In this document: positions 56,689 through 64,000 of the stretch, piece after piece
How the letters are laid out: each line of letters opens with the position of its first letter
How positions within the stretch are numbered: the first letter of the stretch is position 1
NCBI GenBank assembly: GCA_024704765.1
Contig: JAKMXF010000343.1
Span: 248,001-312,000, forward strand
Reading direction: 5' to 3'
From: Oopsacas minuta
Taxonomy: Eukaryota > Animalia > Porifera
Length of the DNA stretch: 64,000 bases
The notes under the pieces: model-generated
Seen by the model: only the letters and a program-made list of their open reading frames with translations
The model's database searches: none
Told to the model about the DNA's origin: nothing
Position numbers and translations under genes: made by a program

Positions 56689-57266
56689 TTGTCTTCCGAC
56701 AATTTGCAGTAAGCAATTATTACAAATAATTAAGACACACGTAAAATGATTGCATTTCTAATCTCCATATAATTTCTCTTCCCTGTTTGTTACATAGATA
56801 TATTCATCAATTTTACACTGCGCAATCCCCTGTTGACTCTTATATTTTCTACAGATAGCACACAACCAAATAGTAATCGCTATTAATAAATCATCCAATT
56901 TCATATTAACCCGCTTACAATTGCAATAATAGCAAAACTGCCATTCCATCCTTCACAGAAACTTCAAATTAATTAAAACTTCATAGGTAAAATTCCTATA
57001 AATTTAATGACAAAGATTTACCGAACGCATTGAAACCTATTAACAAAATTCGAACTATGATTCTATCCCTATAATACTATTATAGCGTGCTAATTAAGCT
57101 AACTACTAAATGGCGATGCCATAAATCTCACTTCAACTTTTGAATATAAATCTTGACGCGACATTCTCTTTATAATTGTTTACCGTGTTTTAAAATGCTA
57201 ACAGTTACCAGTTACGGTCAGCCTATACTCATCCCCGCGTATACAAGACCATTATCCAAACTACGA

Positions 57267-60200
57267 ATGGCATCAACTCGAGTATCAGCTGTTTGGGGCT
57301 ATGACTATGAGCACAACGGGAAAAGTATCTCATTCGCAGCTGGGGAGATGTTTGATTTAGTTGAGAAATCAAATGCAGATTGGTGGCTTGTATCACGCGT
57401 ACCTGGTGAAAGTTTCTTCGTACCAGCAAACTATTTGAAAGAAGAACAGAAGCAGAGTTCATCTCAAAAATCGCCAAACGTGATCCCCAAAGAAGGGAAG
57501 CCACTCAGTCCAAAGCCAAGTCTGAAACCTAAACCAATAAAGTCTGTAAACAGTGGCGGTTTTGACGTAGAGAAGCAAAAACCCCCACCTCCCCCTGTCT
57601 CCAAAAAGCGCACTCAGGTGAACAATCGTTTCGAAGAGGTCCCGAACCTTTCTCTACTCCCTGAAATGAGACCCAGGAAATGTCCAACTGTTTCATATCC
57701 CAAAGCACACGAAGGACTCAAGAATGAATTAAACTCGAAGCTAAACAGACTATTGCCTGCTTTACCTGTACAGAACGTTAGACACAGTACTGAGATATTC
57801 ACTAAGAAGGACTTTGATCGTGATAGCTATTACGATACATTAACTCCTCTGAATAATGATAAGGAAGATGAAGTATATGAGGCTGTAAGTTACATAACTT
57901 AATACGGAGGCCAATGCATAATCCTCTGTAGTATCCTTACATGAAAGGTATCTATGGTTTCCTGAAGTACAGGATTGCTCGCTTATTCAATGTCATACGC
58001 GTGAACACGTTTTTGGGAGATTTTATGGTTTCGCCAAATAAAGCTGAAAATGTGAAAATCGTATTTCTTGTTCGATCAGTGTACACAGTGGTGTTCGCCT
58101 AATAGCAAGTTTAATTAAGCAGTAACTTAGAGTCTACATTGCATTGGAAATAATTCCTCAAATAGTAAGTTCTCGTTTTAGCAAGGTAAATTCGTGCAAA
58201 ATACAACTTGCTAATGGCAAACTCCACTGTATAATCGAATTTAGAGATAAATATTATCTAATTGTTATATTTCGCAGGTACAGGATCCTATAGTAAATAC
58301 AATAAGACATCCCCAACCAGCTCCAAGAACAGAGCACAGTCAGAGTGATTCAGATATTCTAAGAAAGCATGAACAAGTGCCTTCTCCTCCGAAGCGTAAT
58401 TCTAGACTCTCAGAAATTCCAAAAATCCCAGAAATTCCAAAAATCCCTGAAATATCAAAAATCCCAGAATTACCAAACCTGTCCAATTCCCAAATGCATA
58501 CAACAGAGAATACGTTACGTAGCATAGATAACAAACCGAAGAGACGTGGAACTATGCACTCAGTTCAATCTAGTCCGGATTTACCTGATGGAACTAATAA
58601 TATAAGACAACAGAGAGTATTACCCGCACTTGTCTCCAATCGTAGCGCCTCACTTAGTGATGATAAGCATTTGTAAGTTAAAATCATTTATATTTGTTTA
58701 AATCATGGACTATTGTCTTTGCAATTTATTTTTGTCATTTTAAACTGTCTGAAAGTAGGATTCGGTGCCAGCTTGATGCATAATAGGTAACCTTGGATTC
58801 CTAGTTACACTCAAGTAGGTACGCCGAACCTCGAACAACTTAACAATTCAAGGGACTTATACCCATGTTTTGTATTAGCCAGGTGTATGGCTCAACCTCT
58901 GTCCGCTGGATTTGGCGCCTATGCGCTCTAGGAATCCTGAATTTCACGAATGGCCTCAGTTTCTATATGTATGAAAATTTCTAAATTATCTTAATTATGA
59001 AACAGATACTTTTCTCCTGGATAACTTTTATTATTTAATATTAGGACATACAGGTTAACACTACCATACTTGGTTAAGTACATCCTTCTATATGATTTAT
59101 CTCCTACGTTAGCGTACTGTATTCTTATGAAAGTGTCAACACCACAGGTCATATACGTATATCATATTAATTACTACATGTATCTAAACCCATATGAAAT
59201 ATCCATAAATATGATTAAGCAACTGTCAAGAATTAAACTAACATTCCATAAATACAGTATAAATATTGGAGAAATAGATTTGCAAACAAAGAACGAAATT
59301 ATATTCGATTAATCCAATAAACAAAATGTTTAGAAGATATTTCTCTCCCAAATTTAGGATCATTACAGAGAACAAGAAGCCTATTGAACTCACAAATTCC
59401 CTTCCAGGAGCTATCGACACGAATGCCAGCAACAGTTTCAGCCCCAACGAATCTCCGTACCCATCCCAACAACAACAACAGGGACATGGCAAATTTACAT
59501 TTGGCTCAATGCACTTCGAAAAACGTGGAAATGTAAATAGATTCCGAAAAGATGGTGGATTGTTTAAAGGAGGAAAATGGGAATCACAATATATGGTGCT
59601 GGAGAATTTCACAATCTTTTTCTATAAAGATTCTAAAGTAGCAAGATCGGATAGTCCTCAATCCCAGCATGTACTGTACTTACAGCATTGTACAGTGCAT
59701 CTTGTTCCCGAAATGAAAGATGCTAGAAAACATCAGTTCAAATTCGTGGATCAGGAAAATAATGAAGAAACTTTATGCCAGGTGAGTAGTACTGTTAATT
59801 TTGTATAATAGAACGAGTATTATTCGTGCATTTGTCTAGTCTCAAGCGGTTCCACTCACTGGTAAATGCATTATAATTTTATTGCTATTTTCTGACTATT
59901 CTCATATCAAATTTCGCATTATTTGATATAGTTAAACCCAGTGAAAAACATGAAAAATCCAGTATTTGGCGATAATACTAGTGTAACGGGGACCAGAGAC
60001 GCCGAAAATGTTACCCCGTTTATGGAATTTCATTTGTATGGGCCTAAGAATTCGCTCTATGTATTTTCACTCCATTTCCAGAAGTTTCATGTTTCCACAG
60101 GTCCCATATGTAAAGGTTTCGCTGTAGTATTACAATTTTGCTACAATATATTGAACTGAACTATTTTACTTTATTTCTATCTAATAGGCTGAAAATGCCC

Positions 60201-61003
60201 AATCAATGAACGAATGGTTCTCTATTATCCAAACTACAATTTCTCAATGTGCAGAATCCCCGCGTAAAATAAGCATACCTGACGCACATCCACCGAACAT
60301 AACCAATGAACCTAAAATTGACGAAAAGAAGAAAGACAAACTCCGAAGATTCCTCAGACAGCGTCCCAACATTGAAACCCTTCAGAAGAATGGAATTTTA
60401 CATTACAGTGTATTTGGATCACCTCTAGAATCCGTGGTTGAAAAAGAACATAGTACAGTGCCAGATTTCGCTTTGAAATGTATAAAGGAAGTTGAATCAC
60501 GTGGTCTTGACGTAATGGGGATATACCGGCTAGCTGGCAATACATCTCAAGTACAAAAACTTAGATATATCGTAGATCAAGAACAGTTATATTTCCTGGA
60601 TGATTTAGATAAATGGGACGATATAAATATTATCACAGGGGCACTTAAACTGTTCCTCCGTGAAATGCCTGAGCCATTGATTCCCTTCAACCAATATGAT
60701 AGTTTTGTAGAGTCTGCTTACATCTTAGATACAAGAGAACGGGTTAACTTCCTCCGTAAGCTATTAGATAACTTTCCTAAACCCAATTACGACCTATTTC
60801 AACTACTATGCAATCACCTAGAGCGAGTGGTACAGTACTCAGACGTTAACAAAATGAAATCGTCCAATTTAGCTATAGTATTCGGTCCCACCTTAGTACG
60901 TCCGGAAATAGACACAGCGTTAACAATCGGACATTTCACCGCAATAAATAACTCCCTCGAATTCTTACTATCACATTATCAAGAGCTATTTACACGTTAT
61001 TAA
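57267..61003 (+). CDS. SH3-PH-RhoGAP protein of the ARHGAP12/27/9 family, multi-exon
   Basis: SH3 (VSAVWGYDY...SNADWWLV...FVPANYL), PH (KRGNVNRFRKDGGLFKGGKWESQYMVL), RhoGAP (FGSPL, GIYRLAGN, ITGALKLFLREMPEPL, NKMKSSNLAIVFGPTL). Confidence 0.88.
58086..58229. mobile_element. MITE family D in ARHGAP intron
   Basis: CAGTGGTGTTCGCCTAATAGCAAG / CTTGCTAATGGCAAACTCCACTG|TA. Confidence 0.78.
58409..58476 (+). repeat. 18-bp coding tandem repeat (EIPKIP)x3 in ARHGAP exon
   Basis: cagaaattccaaaaatcc units encode SEIPKIPEIPKIPEISKIPELP. Confidence 0.85.
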
Positions 61004-61313
61004 ACTACGTCATACCCCCATTACAAGACAGAATTATTGTATATTACATGTGTATGTATATTTGATAGGTTTGTATATTTTGCCTATTATTAAGTAATTG
61101 TTATCAGTTTGTAAATATGTGTATTTGATTAGTAGTGACGTGGTTGCTTCGCTTTGAAATGTTATATCACGATTGTTGTTATTGTTTATTGATATACGTA
61201 TATTGTTGTTCAAACTCAATGGTATGCTATTGTTTCTATAAATTGACTGAGACGTCGCTTGGATTGCTTTCCCCATTCCATAAGACGAACAAATCGTTCT
61301 ACGTTTTAATATA

Positions 61314-61415
61314 CAATCAACTCCCGCTATATCACAGCTCAAGGGACCGCGATAATTAAACTGATATAAGCGGGTAGTTCGATACATTCATGTTCGATAT
61401 AACGGAAGTTGCCCG
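61314..61415. mobile_element. MITE family A upstream of LRGUK-like gene
   Basis: TA|CAATCAACTCCCGCTATATC ... GATATAACGGAAGTTGCCCG|TA; a further partial copy starts at 62656. Confidence 0.75.
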
Positions 61416-61448
61416 TATAATATGAACTTAAGAAAATCATTTACAGCC

Positions 61449-62645
61449 ATGTTACAAGAAGATACAATATGTGAGAATTTATCAGAAATCGGGCCTTCAC
61501 AATCTGGCCTGGGACTGATCTACACGAGACTAGAGCTGTCAAATATGTCACTCTCAGACATAGAAGCTGTATCCAATTTTAAACAGCTACAACATATAGA
61601 TATATCTCATAACTTGATTGAGGATGTAACGCCATTAGCGAACATTCACAATCTTCTATCATTAGACGTTTCACACAACAAAATAAAGGTTCATATTAAC
61701 CTGTATTATCTCGTAGACTGGGGCATATATCGCCTCATAGGACATGAGGAGTTGATGAACAGTGAATGTCGGTTATAAGAACACCCTTGACAGTAGCCTG
61801 CATGTTCTTCTAACCGGTATCCACTGTAATATACTTGTTTCTCATCCCCACCTGTTGCAATTTTTAGTATCAATTGAAATATACGCAGGCGTGAAATATG
61901 ATTATTCATACGGTAAATCATGTAGATAAAGATTTGAAAATGTCAAAATTCTACATATCTACTCAATTACCCCATACATTATTGTAGGAATGGCCAGATC
62001 TCAACACAGTAGGAAATATAAAGTCACTAGACTTATCTCACAATCAGCTGACTACAATTGAACATGTAACTCACCTGAGACAGATCCGATCACTCAGATT
62101 AGATCACAATCAAATACAGGTGTTACCCTCTAGTTTACAGAATCTTAAACAACTACTAACTCTAACTGCAGCTAAGAATTATATTAATAAAATTAATGGG
62201 TAAGATAATGTTTATCGATTTTCCATATATGTTCATATTTTCACACCTTTTCAGTGACAACTTTCTGATAGTTTTAATAATTCTCATTCGATATTATAGG
62301 CTTCAAAATCTATCAATTAAACATCTCGACCTCCATGGCAACCAGATCAAGCGTGTGGAATCCCTCGAGGGTACACGCTACTTACAACACCTAGATCTAT
62401 CTGAGAACTCCATCCAGTCTCTGAGAGGTTTACAGGGACATTCCTGCCTAGAAGAACTGTTGCTAAGCAACAATTCAGTATTAGATATAACAGAAATAAA
62501 ATACATTATGGATCTCCGAGCTCTTAGAGAACTTAACTTAAAAGATAATCCAATACAAACACTAGCTGGATATAGAGCTAGTGTGGTGTTTAAGCTGAAT
62601 CAGATTAGTTTATTGGATGAAGAAGTTGTTACACCAAAGGAAAAG
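61449..62645 (+). CDS. LRGUK: 5' LRR exons of an LRGUK-like (LRRC23/LRGUK family) gene; exons about 61449-61688, 61988-62200, 62300-62645; no stop found, probably continues beyond the window
   Basis: ENLSEIGPSQSGLGLIYTRLEL, SDS22-type LRRs, LRRcap LNLKDNPIQ...YRASVVFKL...TPKEK, ending at a GT donor. Confidence 0.7.
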
Positions 62646-62946
62646 GTCTGTAATACAGTCACCTCTCGTTACATCAAACACAAATGTATCGAGATACCCG
62701 CTTATATCGATGTATGAAATTGTACAAATATAGTCCCAAACCGTCAAAGTTACATATATTCCATCAGTTAAGTAATTTTACAGCGACATGACGTCACTGT
62801 TATTTGTCGTTGTACTAGTTTTCAAGGCTTTCCTCGACCTTTTTGGGGTAATTATCAGAAGTTACCAAATTCTACATAAGAAATATTTTATTACTTGATT
62901 TCTAATTGTTCGAAATACAAAATTTCAAATTAACATTTGTTAAATT

Positions 62947-63780
62947 CTAATACTCCATAGACTGTGCTTGTTCCTCACAAGCTGTAACCAATTCCTTTCT
63001 AATCCTCTCGGAATGAAACTTTGCTCTCTCAAACATTTCAACTTTTCGTTCCCCCTCCAATCCAGCTCCTACAGAACTCATATAACTAATCCCACCTTTC
63101 TCAAGCGAACAAACAATTATACTTCCGGAACTCAACTTTTCCTCTTCTGTATTTGGGTCTATAATGACGTAATTCTCGCGAAACATCGCAGCTGTAACAC
63201 ACACTGGAATCTCACGTAGCACTAGCTCATGCTTAGTAACTGAATTGACAATAGGAATGTCCTCATCCTCATCTACAGTTACATGAGGTAATCGCGTGTT
63301 CTTCAGAGCTCCTACTAACGCTAACAGACAAGCATCTAATGCATTACCATCATTGTTACATATAATTATATCACAGAATAATACCCAACTCAATTTCTTA
63401 TGTTCAATACCCAAACTTTTTAAATCAAGCATTTTAGAGTTTGAGACCATTTCCTGTATGATTTGACTGATTGTGTAAGCCTCGTCGTCGTTTGTGTATT
63501 TCGTCAGTCCCTTGCTGATACCAGGGATATCAACGTTTATAACCAAATATCCATGGTTCGGTTTCAAAATAGGAGGGTTAGTTAGTTGTGCTCTTACCCC
63601 ACAGATCACGGTTGTTTTTCCTATTTTTAAAACAGCTGATCCATCAGCTGTTGATATGCTACCGATGCCAATGTTAAGATATCTGTACTCGTTAAGCTTT
63701 CTACCGTCTGGTCGTATTTCATGATCTAGAAATCTCTGGTAGTACTCATCCGGTTGACAGGATAGGAAATTTTCTGCCAT
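62947..63780 (-). CDS. EXOSC8: Exosome subunit RRP43 (RNase PH family), intronless
   Basis: EYYQRFLDHEIRPDGR, IGSISTADGSAVLKIGKTTVICGV, WVLFCDIIICNNDGNALDA, IIDPNTEEE. Confidence 0.93.
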   Translation of the reverse strand: MAENFLSCQPDEYYQRFLDHEIRPDGRKLNEYRYLNIGIGSISTADGSAVLKIGKTTVICGVRAQLTNPPILKPNHGYLVINVDIPGISKGLTKYTNDDEAYTISQIIQEMVSNSKMLDLKSLGIEHKKLSWVLFCDIIICNNDGNALDACLLALVGALKNTRLPHVTVDEDEDIPIVNSVTKHELVLREIPVCVTAAMFRENYVIIDPNTEEEKLSSGSIIVCSLEKGGISYMSSVGAGLEGERKVEMFERAKFHSERIRKELVTACEEQAQSMEY

Positions 63781-64000
63781 ATTATAGCTGTTCAATAGAA
63801 ACTGATATTACAGAATACTTCTTATAAAATTTAAAATTAGTAAAATATTTACTGAAAGAAGGTTTAAAGCAAAATAGTATCAATAATTGTATTTGCTTTA
63901 ATGGAAGTTTATTGGGAGAAAACTTGGTAATTGGCACATTTTGAAAGATTCTCACTCCAAGTTTTGTATTTCATTTTTATGAAGGATTACATAATCAGCA

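Noticed and set aside
59070-59612. ORFs 59070-59312, 59238-59612 and 59299-59487
   Set aside because: Intronic or antisense to the ARHGAP PH exon.

Overview
AT-rich, gene-dense eukaryotic (animal) genomic DNA with GT-AG introns. The gene content, small introns and coiled-coil+NHL genes suggest an early-branching animal such as a glass sponge; this is inference, not shown by the sequence. Twenty protein genes run head-to-tail on the + strand: ALG3, ADAR1-like, MALT1-like paracaspase, DUSP11, PSMD1, OXSR1/STK39, TRAP1, LARS1, TPGS1, NOSTRIN-like, PTPN9, PEF1, MAPKAPK5, CTR1, CHTOP, AADAC-like, RPL29, ARF6, ARHGAP12/27-like and LRGUK-like. Many gaps between genes are only 200-500 bp, and most start codons have a splice-acceptor-like AG just upstream, which fits operon-like transcription resolved by trans-splicing. 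The only minus-strand genes are an orphan 131-aa ORF and an NHL gene pair nested in introns of + strand genes, plus EXOSC8, which is probably nested too. A 7SL (SRP) RNA gene lies in a LARS1 intron. At least five MITE families occupy introns and spacers. Exon boundaries were read by eye.
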